Shown piece after piece: positions 1-7,980 of a DNA stretch of 32,000 bases. The notes below the pieces were generated by a model that ran no database searches, was not told the origin of the DNA, and saw only the letters and a program-made list of their open reading frames with translations. The stretch comes from Methanobacteriota archaeon (GTDB lineage Archaea > JAADCQ01 > Methanopyri > Methanopyrales > Methanopyraceae). The stretch covers positions 147,010 through 179,009 of the forward strand of contig JAMOPO010000052.1 in the NCBI GenBank assembly GCA_027064425.1. The letters run 5' to 3'. Made by a program: the position numbers and the translations under genes. The first letter of the stretch is position 1. Each line of letters begins with the position of its first letter.

Positions 1-58
1 GTCCGGGGCGGAGATAGAAAGGGAGGCTCTGCTGGAGCTGGGCCCGGACGAGCGGCCG

Positions 59-2395
59 GTGAGAGGCGTGCTGGACGGTGATCCGACCCCGCCGGACAAG
101 ATCCTCAACCGGGTCCGGGCGGCGGGCACCGTTCTGGCGCGCGGGGACCTGGCCAAGACCGCCGAGCGACTTCTCGGCGGCAAGGTCGAGCGGGCGGAGT
201 TCTGCCGCCGTTGCCTGGCCTCGGACAAGATCACGGTCCTTGACGGCGGGTACAAGTTCGGGGACGTGCGCGTCTGCGGGGAGTGCGCCGAGGAGATCCT
301 GGAGGAGGAGCTGAGGTTCCGCGTCCCGAACTTCTCGCAGACCCTGCTGGAGCGCCTGAAGGAGCTCTTGGACCGGTTCCGCGACGTCGACCGCGTGATC
401 GAGATGGTGGACCCCTCGTTCGACCCGGCCCGCGAGGACGAGAAGACGCGGTGGGACGTGGTCGAGGCGGAGGATGAGGAAGAGGAGGAGCGCCTGCCGA
501 TCTCGAAGGTGGACGCCCCGGCCCGACTCATCAGCCTCCTGCGCGAGCTCGGGTACCGCGAGCTGACCCCGGTTCAGACCAAGTGCGTACGCGCGGGCCT
601 GCTGGAGGGCGAGAACCTGCTGGTGGTGTCTCCCACCGGGTCCGGGAAGACGCTCGTGGCCGAGCTCGCGGGCCTGACCCGGGTGCTCGAGGAAGGGAAG
701 AAGATGGTCTACCTGGTGCCCCTCGTGGCGCTGGCCAACCAGAAGTTCCGCGAGTTCCGGGAAAAGTACGGCGAGAGGCTCAACGTCGGCGTCCGACTCC
801 AGGTCGGTGCGACCAGGCTGAAGGAGTTCTCGAGACCGGAGCGGGGCCCCGACCCGGAGGAGGCGGACATCATCGTGGGGACGTACGAGGGGTTCGACCT
901 GCTCCTCCGCACCCGGGCGATCGACCCGGACGAGATCGGTGTGGTTGTGATCGATGAGGTGCACAGCTTGGCCGACGAGGACCGAGGTCCCCGGCTGGAC
1001 GGTCTTATTTGCCGCCTTAAGACCCTGACCGACGCGCAGCTACTGGGCCTGTCGGCCACGGTGGGCAACCCGGAGGAGCTCGCGGAGTACCTCGACGCGC
1101 GCCCGGTCATCCACGAGCGGAGGCCGGTACCGTTGGAGTATCACCTCGTGATCAACCAAGACCGACGGCAGAAGTGGGACCGCATCGCCCGGCTCGTGGA
1201 GGCGGAGTGGGAGACGGAGTACTCCACCGGCTACCGGGGCCAGACGATCGTCTTCACCCACTCCCGGCAGAACACGCACCGCCTGGCCGACTTCCTCCAG
1301 GAGCGGACGGGGCTGGACGTCGCCCCCTACCACGCTGGGCTGCCCTACGACCGGCGCAAGTCGACCGAGCAGGCCTTCGAGCGGGGCGAGCTGGCGGCCG
1401 TCGTCACGACCGCGGCCCTCGGCGCGGGCGTCGATTTCCCAGCCTCTCAGGTGATCTTCGAGAGCCTGGCGATGGGTGTCGAGTGGCTGACGCCCATGGA
1501 GTTCCAGCAGATGGCGGGGCGGGCTGGACGGCCCGGTTACCACGACCGGGGCAAGGTCGTCCTGATGGTGGAGCCGGGGCGCCGGTACCACTCCGGTCAA
1601 GAGGACACCGAGGACAAGGTCGCCTTCCGACTGCTCGAGTCGGAGCCGGAGCCGGTCGAGGTGGAGTACGACGATGAGGACGAGCGCGAGCAGGTGCTGG
1701 CGCACGTGGCCAGCGGCGCCGCCTCCTCCCCGGAGGAGCTCCGACGGGTCTGCTCCGAATCCTTCGGGTTCGCCGGCGACCCGGAGCGGAGGCTCAAGGA
1801 GCTTCGGGAGATGGGGTTCGTGAAGGGGTTCAAGCTGACGCGCCGGGGCCGGGTGGCCGCCCGCTACTTCGCCGGACCGCGCACGGTGCACCGGCTCGTC
1901 GAGTCCGAGCGAGAGGATCCACTGCAGGCCGTGGCCGAGGTGTGCCCGTTCGAGCGGCTGCAGCTGTCCCCCTCGATCCGGCGGGCGGTCGAGCGGGTCA
2001 CGAGGATGTCCGTGCCCGCCCGCTTCGAGGACGCCCTGGAGGTCATCCACTCCGAGCGCCGCGAGGTGCTTGAGCACCTACCCAAGAAGGAGCGTGACCG
2101 ACTGATCAAACTGATCCGAGCGGTGGACTGCGGGTGCGATGCGTTCCCGCACTGCGATCACGTGCCCGCCAAGGCCTCTGCGCTGCTGCTGAGGACGCGC
2201 TTAGAGGGTAAATCAGTCTTCGCCATGCCCAGGGAGCTGGAGCGGAGGTACGGTCTAACGGCGTACCCGACCGACGTCGCGAGCTGGCTGGAGGAGGTGA
2301 TCCGGCTCCTGGAGTGCGCGGCCGAAATCGCGGAGGAGCCGGGGATGAGGGCGGCGGCGGAGGCCCTCGCCGATCCCTGGTCTACCCGCCGCTGA
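59..2395 (+). CDS. Superfamily-2 (Ski2/Hel308-like) DEAD/DEAH-box helicase with N-terminal zinc ribbon
   Basis: 778-aa ORF. Motifs read directly: Walker A VVSPTGSGKT, DEVH box (VVIDEVHSLAD), SAT (GLSATVGN), motif VI QMAGRAGRPG, and a CxxC...CxxC ribbon (CRRC...CGEC). The frame stays open back to window position 2, so the true start may lie upstream of the window. GTG 59 and GTG 68 are the in-window candidates. Confidence 0.8.
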   Translation: MRGVLDGDPTPPDKILNRVRAAGTVLARGDLAKTAERLLGGKVERAEFCRRCLASDKITVLDGGYKFGDVRVCGECAEEILEEELRFRVPNFSQTLLERLKELLDRFRDVDRVIEMVDPSFDPAREDEKTRWDVVEAEDEEEEERLPISKVDAPARLISLLRELGYRELTPVQTKCVRAGLLEGENLLVVSPTGSGKTLVAELAGLTRVLEEGKKMVYLVPLVALANQKFREFREKYGERLNVGVRLQVGATRLKEFSRPERGPDPEEADIIVGTYEGFDLLLRTRAIDPDEIGVVVIDEVHSLADEDRGPRLDGLICRLKTLTDAQLLGLSATVGNPEELAEYLDARPVIHERRPVPLEYHLVINQDRRQKWDRIARLVEAEWETEYSTGYRGQTIVFTHSRQNTHRLADFLQERTGLDVAPYHAGLPYDRRKSTEQAFERGELAAVVTTAALGAGVDFPASQVIFESLAMGVEWLTPMEFQQMAGRAGRPGYHDRGKVVLMVEPGRRYHSGQEDTEDKVAFRLLESEPEPVEVEYDDEDEREQVLAHVASGAASSPEELRRVCSESFGFAGDPERRLKELREMGFVKGFKLTRRGRVAARYFAGPRTVHRLVESEREDPLQAVAEVCPFERLQLSPSIRRAVERVTRMSVPARFEDALEVIHSERREVLEHLPKKERDRLIKLIRAVDCGCDAFPHCDHVPAKASALLLRTRLEGKSVFAMPRELERRYGLTAYPTDVASWLEEVIRLLECAAEIAEEPGMRAAAEALADPWSTRR

Positions 2396-2741
2396 GCTCC
2401 TCGAGCGCCCGGCGCGCGAGCTCCGCCGCCTTCCTGCCCCGGACGGTTAACGCCCCCTCCACCTCCGTGCCGAGCACCGTGGCGCGAATGCGGGCCTCCA
2501 CCTCCTCCTCTCGCACCTCACCCTCAACGTCCACGGAGTATCGATCCTTCGCGTCCTTCAGCCTCACCTGGTAGGAGTCACCCTCTAGCTCGACGTCGAT
2601 CTCCGCATTCTTGACGACGTCGACGACGGCCACCACCGACTGCTCCAGCACCTGCATCGCGAGCCGCATGACGTTCTCCGGCGTCATGTACTTCTTCACC
2701 AGCTTGTCGAGCAAGGCGGTGCCCCCGGTGGTGGTACCCAT
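2382..2741 (-). CDS. Hypothetical acidic protein (119 aa)
   Basis: C-terminal 119 codons of ORF 2382..3044, from ATG (MGTTTGG...). Composition is coding-like (EIDVELEGDSYQVRLKDAKDRYSVDVEGEV). The upstream part of that ORF is an S/P/T-rich shadow of the opposite gene. No family recognised. An alternative ATG lies 54 nt further in (MTPENV...). Confidence 0.5.
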   Translation of the reverse strand: MGTTTGGTALLDKLVKKYMTPENVMRLAMQVLEQSVVAVVDVVKNAEIDVELEGDSYQVRLKDAKDRYSVDVEGEVREEEVEARIRATVLGTEVEGALTVRGRKAAELARRALEELSGG

Positions 2742-3612
2742 GTCCGGCGAGCGCCGGGAGTACCGGCTGATCCCGGTGAGGGATAAGTACTGGCGGGTAG
2801 GCTCCGGGGCGTTGAAAAACGCGTTGACGGCGCTCGAGGGGGTTGAGCTGCGGGACGGGGACGTGCTGCTGGTCTCCGAGAAGGCGGTGGCCGTGGCCGA
2901 GGGAGAGCTCATCGACGAGCGCGAGTACGAGCCCGGTCCCCTGGCCAAGCTGCTGGTGACCCTGTGGATGAGGATCGTCTGGGGGCGGATACTGGGGCCG
3001 CTGCTGGGACCGCTGATGGATCCGCCGCTGCGCGAGGAGACCATCCGGAACTTTCGACGCTATCCGAAGCGGGAGGGAGCGATGCACAAGCAGATGATCC
3101 TTGAGGAGTTCGGCCTGCTTCACGCGCTGGAGCCGGTATCGGAGGCCGGCTGCGACGTGGGGAACGTCCCGGGGTACTTCGCCGCGCCCGTCCCGGCCTC
3201 GGCCGACCGGTTCGCGCGACGCTTGAGGGAGCGGCTGCGCGAGGACCGCGGGGTGGACGTGTCCGTCGTCGTGGGAGACACCGACAAGACGTACGAGCTC
3301 TTCGGTGTACTCTTCACGACGATCGCTCGGGCGCACCCGGAGATAATCTCCGGGACGGGCGTCCTAGGGTTCCTAATCGGCCGACTCCTGGCGCGAACCC
3401 TGGGCCCGACGCCCGTCGCCATCGCGGGCGACGTGGAGGTCCGGGAGGCGATTCGGCTCCTGAAAGAGGCCGAGCGGGTCCGGACGAAGGGGGCGGGGCG
3501 CACGGTCTACGACGCGCTGGACGAGGTGGGCGACCCGGGGCGCCTCGACGAGGACTTCCTGAACAGGTTCGAGCACGTGCCGATCGTGGTGGCTCGCCCC
3601 GTCAGCCGGTGA
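2740..3612 (+). CDS. CofE-like protein (F420-0:gamma-glutamyl ligase family-like)
   Basis: Starts at the internal ATG (MSGERREYRLIPV...) of ORF 2611..3612. The N-terminal pattern LIPV...GDVLLVSEKAVAVAEGELID and the later VVVGDTDKTY resemble the CofE family as I remember it. The first 43 codons of the track ORF are T/S-rich shadow. Confidence 0.45.
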   Translation: MSGERREYRLIPVRDKYWRVGSGALKNALTALEGVELRDGDVLLVSEKAVAVAEGELIDEREYEPGPLAKLLVTLWMRIVWGRILGPLLGPLMDPPLREETIRNFRRYPKREGAMHKQMILEEFGLLHALEPVSEAGCDVGNVPGYFAAPVPASADRFARRLRERLREDRGVDVSVVVGDTDKTYELFGVLFTTIARAHPEIISGTGVLGFLIGRLLARTLGPTPVAIAGDVEVREAIRLLKEAERVRTKGAGRTVYDALDEVGDPGRLDEDFLNRFEHVPIVVARPVSR

Positions 3613-4192
3613 GCTTCAGCCCGTACTTCTCGATCTTCTCCGCGACCTTCCGTGCCGCCTTCTCCGGCTCGTCCTCGGTCTTCGCGCCCGTGCACACGGC
3701 CTTACCCGAGTAGAACAGGAGCATCGCCACGTCGGGCTCCTTGAGCCGCAGCACCAGGCCGGGGAACTGCTCGGGCTCGTACTCGATGCCCTCCACGTCC
3801 TCGTCCTCCGTGAGCACCTCCGCGATCATGTCCAGGTCCAGCGAGACGTTGAAGTCAATCGAGGCCACGATGTTCTGGATCTCGATCTCGGGCTCGCCCT
3901 CGAACTCGACCCCGCACTTCTTCTCCAGGTCCTCCCGCACCCGCTCCACGCTCTCGTAGATCTGCTCCCTGGTCTTGGCCCCGGTGCAGACCATCTTTCC
4001 GGACCGGAAGATCAGCACCACGGTGCCGATGTCCTCCAACCGGTAAACGAGGCCCGGGAACTGCTCAGGCTCGTACTCACCCTGCAGGATCACGGAGCAC
4101 TCGTCCAGGTTAACTTCACCCTTCAGATCCACCGAGGCCACGATGTTCTGGATGTCTACCTCGGGCTCGATTTCCTTCGATTCTTCCGCCAT
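3602..4192 (-). CDS. tbp: TATA-box binding protein
   Basis: Two direct repeats of the TBP fold signature: QNIVASVDL / QNIVASIDF, EPEQFPGLVYRL / EPEQFPGLVLRL, and SGKMVCTGAKT / SGKAVCTGAKT. Start taken at MAEESKE (M7 of the track ORF); an upstream ATG at 4210 is possible. Confidence 0.93.
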   Translation of the reverse strand: MAEESKEIEPEVDIQNIVASVDLKGEVNLDECSVILQGEYEPEQFPGLVYRLEDIGTVVLIFRSGKMVCTGAKTREQIYESVERVREDLEKKCGVEFEGEPEIEIQNIVASIDFNVSLDLDMIAEVLTEDEDVEGIEYEPEQFPGLVLRLKEPDVAMLLFYSGKAVCTGAKTEDEPEKAARKVAEKIEKYGLKLTG

Positions 4193-5147
4193 TGGGAGGG
4201 GACCCCCCATCGCATGGTAGTGCCGGGACCGGCTCGCCCTCCAAATACCTCAGCCCCAGCAGGCACAGCCCTCGCGCCTCGAGGTCCTCACCCGCGAAGA
4301 CGGCCACCTCGCCACCCCACAGCTCCGACACCCTCCGTTTTAAAAGTTCGTTTTTAACACCACCGCCCGAGAGCACCAGCAGGTCCGCGTCGAACCGGGA
4401 CGCGTTCCTCACGATCGTCTCCGCCACCAGCTCGGTCACCGTCCGCAGCGCGTCCTCCGGCTCCCCCTCGAACTCGGAGAGCACGGGCTTCAGCAGCCGC
4501 TCCTGCTCCGGCGGAACGACGCCTAGACTGCCCTTGACCGGGCCGAACACCGGCTGACCGTCCGCCTCCAACCCCTCCAGCCTCCGCCTCAGCCCTCCGT
4601 CCACCTCGCCCCGGGCCGCGGCCCGCCCGCCCTCGTCGTACTCCTCCCCCAGCAGCTCCCGGGCCGCCAGATCGATGGGAAAGGTGCCGGGGCACACGAC
4701 CGCCTTCCCGAAGTCCGGGTCGCCGCCCTCGATCGGCGTCACGACCGCCATCGCGCCCACGTCCACGTGCACGCAGTCCGGGTACTCCTCCGCCACGCAG
4801 TACGGCGCGCCCACGGCGTCACCGTCCGGGGCTCCCCACGGGTCCCCGTACACCGCCAGCGTGGGCACGCCCGTCCGCTCGTGGATCATCGGTCCCAGGA
4901 TCAGACCCAGCTCGTCCACGATCGTGCCCACGACGACCAGGTCCGGATCCACCTCCCGGACCCGGCGGACGACCCGGGGGGCGATCTCGCGGCGCAGCGC
5001 GCGCCGGCTCTCCTCGAGCGGGAACACGCACGAGATCTTGCCGAAGACCCCCTCCTCCCGGGCCACGATCTCCCACTCGCCCCGCTCGTTCATCAAGCAG
5101 TAGTCCGTGCCCGTGTTCCCCAGCTGAACCCCCAGCACCCGGACCAA
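4116..5147 (-). CDS. ASKHA-fold (actin/Hsp70/sugar-kinase) ATPase-like protein, possibly methanogenesis-marker-12 / AnmK-like
   Basis: Phosphate-1-like GVQLGNTGTDY, phosphate-2-like HVDVGAMAV, and adenosine motif LVLSGGGVKNELL. Start set at TTG 5147 (GTG 5138 is an alternative), because the first 38 codons of the track ORF are S/P-rich and cover the divergent promoter. The C-terminal tail overlaps tbp. Confidence 0.45.
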   Translation of the reverse strand: MVRVLGVQLGNTGTDYCLMNERGEWEIVAREEGVFGKISCVFPLEESRRALRREIAPRVVRRVREVDPDLVVVGTIVDELGLILGPMIHERTGVPTLAVYGDPWGAPDGDAVGAPYCVAEEYPDCVHVDVGAMAVVTPIEGGDPDFGKAVVCPGTFPIDLAARELLGEEYDEGGRAAARGEVDGGLRRRLEGLEADGQPVFGPVKGSLGVVPPEQERLLKPVLSEFEGEPEDALRTVTELVAETIVRNASRFDADLLVLSGGGVKNELLKRRVSELWGGEVAVFAGEDLEARGLCLLGLRYLEGEPVPALPCDGGSPPNGGRIEGNRARGRHPEHRGLGGSEG

Positions 5148-5172
5148 GCGCGCCGGCCCCCTTCCCGATGAC

Positions 5173-5182
5173 GATTTAAGAG
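5173..5182. promoter_or_regulatory. Bidirectional TATA-like box (GATTTAAGAG) between the ASKHA gene and rpl22
   Basis: This is the only AT-rich element in the 77-nt divergent spacer. It lies about 48 nt upstream of the rpl22 TTG and about 30 nt upstream of the ASKHA TTG on the other strand. Confidence 0.45.
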
Positions 5183-5224
5183 CAGTGAAACCCCGGCCGG
5201 GGTCCGGAAACGGGGGCGGATCGC

Positions 5225-5704
5225 TTGACGAGGACGAAGAAGTGGCATTACTCGATTCCACCCGAGGAGCTGGACGAGGACCGCACCGCCAAGGCCTTCA
5301 TCCGCGAGCTGAGGATCTCGCCCAAGCACGCCCGCGAGATCTGCCGGGCCATCCGCGGCAAGCCGCTCGACGAGGCCAAGGAGTTCCTGAAGCGCGTGAT
5401 CCGGAAGGAGGAGGCGGTGCCCTTCAGGAAGCACAAAAAGAAGGTTCCGCACCGCCGGCAGATCCGGCCGGGATGGGACGCCGGTAGGTTCCCGCAGAAG
5501 GCCGCGCGCGAGATCCTACGGGTCCTGGAGCACGCGGAGGCCAACGCCGAGCAGAAGGGCCTGGACACGGACCGCCTCTACATAAAGCACATAGCGGCGC
5601 ACAAGGGCCGCGTGATCCGCGGCTGGATCCCGCGAGCCTTCGGGCGAGCGACCCCGTTCAACACGCCCACCACGCACATCGAGGTGATCCTGGAGGAGCG
5701 CTAG
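5225..5704 (+). CDS. rpl22: 50S ribosomal protein L22 (uL22)
   Basis: [33 protein letters not shown] and the C-terminal [19 protein letters not shown] are typical of archaeal uL22. TTG start with a TATA-like box about 48 nt upstream. Confidence 0.9.
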   Translation: MTRTKKWHYSIPPEELDEDRTAKAFIRELRISPKHAREICRAIRGKPLDEAKEFLKRVIRKEEAVPFRKHKKKVPHRRQIRPGWDAGRFPQKAAREILRVLEHAEANAEQKGLDTDRLYIKHIAAHKGRVIRGWIPRAFGRATPFNTPTTHIEVILEER

Positions 5705-5718
5705 GGGGAGCCCCCGCC

Positions 5719-6435
5719 ATGGTGATGTACGGTGAGAACGTCCCGGTGCACAAGAAGTTCGTGCAGTACGGCATGCTGAAGACCGAGCTGGACGAGTACC
5801 TGGAGAAGGAGCTGGATCGCGCCGGTTACGGCGGGATGCGGCTCCAGCGCGTGCCGAACGCGACCAAGATCATCGCGTACGTCGAGCGGCCGGCCATCGC
5901 CATCGGTCGCCGCGGGCGCAACATCCGCCGCATCGAGGAGGAGGTGCAGGAGAAGTTCCCGCTCCTGGGCCGCGTCACGATCGAGGTCAAGGAGATCCCA
6001 GTACCGGAGCTCAACCCACGCGTCGTCGCCCGCCGGCTCGCGTCCGCGATCGAGCGCGGCGTCCACTTCCGTCGTGCGGCCTACGGCGCCCTGCGTCGCA
6101 TCATGAACGCGGGTGCCAAGGGCGCGCTCATCAAGCTCTCGGGCAAGCTGATCGGCGCTCGGGCCCGGACGGAGAAGTTCATGGACGGCGTGGTCAAGTA
6201 CTGCGGCGAGCCCGGTGACGAGTACATGATCGAGGGCTACGTCCAGGCGATCACCAAGCCGGGAGCCATTGGCGTTACCGTAAAGATCATGCCACCCGAC
6301 GTGGAACTGCCGGACGAGATCGAGGTCAAGCCGCCGGAGGAGGTGGAGGACAAGCTGAAGGAGCTCGTCGGCGAAAAGGCCGAGGAGGAGAGCGAGGAGG
6401 AGAAGCCGGAGGAGTCCGAGGAGGGGGAGGAGTAG
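5719..6435 (+). CDS. rps3: 30S ribosomal protein S3 (uS3)
   Basis: KH-domain region ERPAIAIGRRGRNIRRIEEEV followed by GAKGALIKLSGKL. Acidic C-terminal tail. Lies 14 nt after rpl22. Confidence 0.93.
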   Translation: MVMYGENVPVHKKFVQYGMLKTELDEYLEKELDRAGYGGMRLQRVPNATKIIAYVERPAIAIGRRGRNIRRIEEEVQEKFPLLGRVTIEVKEIPVPELNPRVVARRLASAIERGVHFRRAAYGALRRIMNAGAKGALIKLSGKLIGARARTEKFMDGVVKYCGEPGDEYMIEGYVQAITKPGAIGVTVKIMPPDVELPDEIEVKPPEEVEDKLKELVGEKAEEESEEEKPEESEEGEE

Positions 6436-6438
6436 CCC

Positions 6439-6672
6439 ATGGGCAAGTACAAGCTGCACTCGGACGACATCCGCGAGATGTCCCCGGAGGAGCGGCGCGA
6501 GAAGCTCAAGGAGCTTAAGGCGGAGCTGCTCAAGGAGATGACCTCCAAGTCCGTCGCCGGCGTCCCGGAGAATCCCGGGAGGGTAAGAGAAATAAAGAAG
6601 AACATCGCCAGAATTCTCACGATAGAGCGCGAGGAGGAGCTTAAGAAAATCCGAGAGGCCGAAAAACGCTGA
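6439..6672 (+). CDS. rpl29: 50S ribosomal protein L29 (uL29)
   Basis: 77 aa with the typical uL29 pattern IREMSPEERREKLKELKAELLKE...PGRVREIKKNIARILT. Lies 3 nt after rps3. Confidence 0.9.
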   Translation: MGKYKLHSDDIREMSPEERREKLKELKAELLKEMTSKSVAGVPENPGRVREIKKNIARILTIEREEELKKIREAEKR

Positions 6673-6690
6673 GGGGAAGGCCCCGGAAAG

Positions 6691-7011
6691 ATGCAGGACG
6701 AAGACGTCTGCCCCGTTTGCGGACTTCCGAAGGAGCTCTGTGTTTGTGAGGAGGTCTCTAAGGAGACCGTTGAGAAGATCAAGATCTACACGGAGCAGGT
6801 CCGGCCCGGCAAGATCGTCACCATCATCGAGGGCCTCGATGACACGGACGTTGACCTCCAGGAGCTCGCGAGCAAGTTGAAGAAGGAGTGCGCCTGCGGA
6901 GGCACCGCCAAGGAGGGCAAGATCATCCTACAGGGCGATCACCGGAACAAGGTCCGGGAGTACCTGATTAAGAAGGAAGGGTTCCCGGAAGACACCATCG
7001 AGGTCTCCTAG
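6691..7011 (+). CDS. sui1: Translation initiation factor aSUI1 (eIF1 homologue)
   Basis: N-terminal CPVCG...CVC zinc knuckle followed by the SUI1 core (KIKIYTEQVRPGKIVTIIEGL...LKKECACGGTAKEGKIILQGDHRNKV). Confidence 0.9.
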   Translation: MQDEDVCPVCGLPKELCVCEEVSKETVEKIKIYTEQVRPGKIVTIIEGLDDTDVDLQELASKLKKECACGGTAKEGKIILQGDHRNKVREYLIKKEGFPEDTIEVS

Positions 7012-7736
7012 CCGGCACCGGCCCTGAGCCCGGCGATGAACACCCTCCTACCAGAGACCTCCCGCGGGAACGCCACCCCAACCTTCACCTTGAACCCCTC
7101 TTTCTCCAGGAACTTGCCCCGGATCCGGCACACGGTCAGCTGGTGACGCACCGAGTCTTCGGCCCGCTTCAGCTCGCGCTTAAGCCACTCGTACTCGCTT
7201 TCTTCTTTCACGCCGGGCCGCACCCCTAGTTCGTCTATTATCACCCTAGGGCTCGCCCGCCCGTAGCAGCACGGGACCACCAGTGCGACGCGCGCCCCGA
7301 GCTCCCGGGCCAGCTCCAGCATCCGGTCCGTTAGCGTGCCGCAGAGGTGCAGTCCGACCACGACGTCCGCCCGTTTCACGCTGATCCCGACGCGGCCCGA
7401 GACCACCTCGTGCAGGTCCCACGTCTCGAACCTCAGGTTGCTCACACCCACGGACTCCAGGTACTCCTCCAGGACCGGCCACGACTTGAACTCGCGGACG
7501 TCGAACCCCAGCACCTCGCACGAGGGACACGACAGGGCCATCGCGGCGGTCAGCGCCCCGCGACCGCACCCGGCGTCCACGATCACGTCTCCCGGCCTGA
7601 CCCACGTGCACAGGAGCTCCAGCAGCCTCCCCACCTGCTCCCGCTTACGATGGGCGTCCCGGGCCGAGCTGGGGAACGCCTCTCGAGGCAGGTACAGCCG
7701 CTCCTCCCCGTGGGGGCCACGATACTTGACCTCCAC
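7008..7736 (-). CDS. Class I SAM-dependent methyltransferase (HLCG / PCCY motif type, Trm13/METTL25-like)
   Basis: SAM-binding motif I VIVDAGCGRGALT, followed by VVGLHLCGTLTD and VVPCCYG. The 4-nt convergent overlap is with sui1, and the 5' end overlaps the Rpp29 start. Confidence 0.7.
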   Translation of the reverse strand: MEVKYRGPHGEERLYLPREAFPSSARDAHRKREQVGRLLELLCTWVRPGDVIVDAGCGRGALTAAMALSCPSCEVLGFDVREFKSWPVLEEYLESVGVSNLRFETWDLHEVVSGRVGISVKRADVVVGLHLCGTLTDRMLELARELGARVALVVPCCYGRASPRVIIDELGVRPGVKEESEYEWLKRELKRAEDSVRHQLTVCRIRGKFLEKEGFKVKVGVAFPREVSGRRVFIAGLRAGAG

Positions 7737-7980
7737 GGCTCACCCCCCGAGGCCCGAGGACCTCCTTGGCAAAAAATTCAGGGTCGTAAGGGCCCGCTCC
7801 CGGCCTCACTACGGCACCCGCGGCAGGATCCTTGGCTTCACCAGGAACTGCCTGGTCTACGGCGACCGCCGGGACCAGAAGCTCCTACCGCTCGACGGAG
7901 TCATCCTCGAGGTGGAAACCGAGGAGGGGAGGATCAGGGTGGAGGGGGACCAGCTACTCCGACTCCTTCGCGATCCTTAG
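7726..7980 (+). CDS. rnp1: RNase P protein component 1 (Rpp29/Pop4 homologue), minimal 84-aa form
   Basis: Sm-like Rpp29 core LLGKKFRVVRARSRPHYGTRGRILGFTRNCLVYG...LPLDGVILEVETEEGRIRVEGDQL. The only in-frame start candidate (ATG/GTG/TTG) upstream of the core and near the opposite-strand methyltransferase start is TTG 7726. Everything upstream in the track ORF (7336..) is shadow of the opposite methyltransferase. Confidence 0.7.
   Translation: MTSTAHPPRPEDLLGKKFRVVRARSRPHYGTRGRILGFTRNCLVYGDRRDQKLLPLDGVILEVETEEGRIRVEGDQLLRLLRDP

Noticed and set aside
1040-2077. 345-aa minus-strand ORF inside the helicase gene, and similar ORFs at 709..1110, 1597..1833 and 1864..2109
   Set aside because: The opposite strand carries a helicase with all SF2 motifs. 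These ORFs are R/G/P/L-rich shadows.
5164-5190. Possible C/D-box sRNA (CGATGACGA ... AGTGA) in the ASKHA/rpl22 spacer
   Set aside because: The boxes do not match the RUGAUGA/CUGA consensus, there is no C'/D' pair, and the spacer is too short and is already explained as a divergent promoter.
5701-6459. 252-aa minus-strand Leu-rich ORF
   Set aside because: It is antisense to rps3. The composition (LLLPLLGLLRLLLLALLLGL) mirrors the GAG/GAA-rich acidic tail of S3.
7336-7725. Upstream 130 codons of the ORF that contains Rpp29, and the alternative-frame ORF 7347..8012
   Set aside because: Both are antisense shadows of the methyltransferase gene. Rpp29 homology starts only after TTG 7726.
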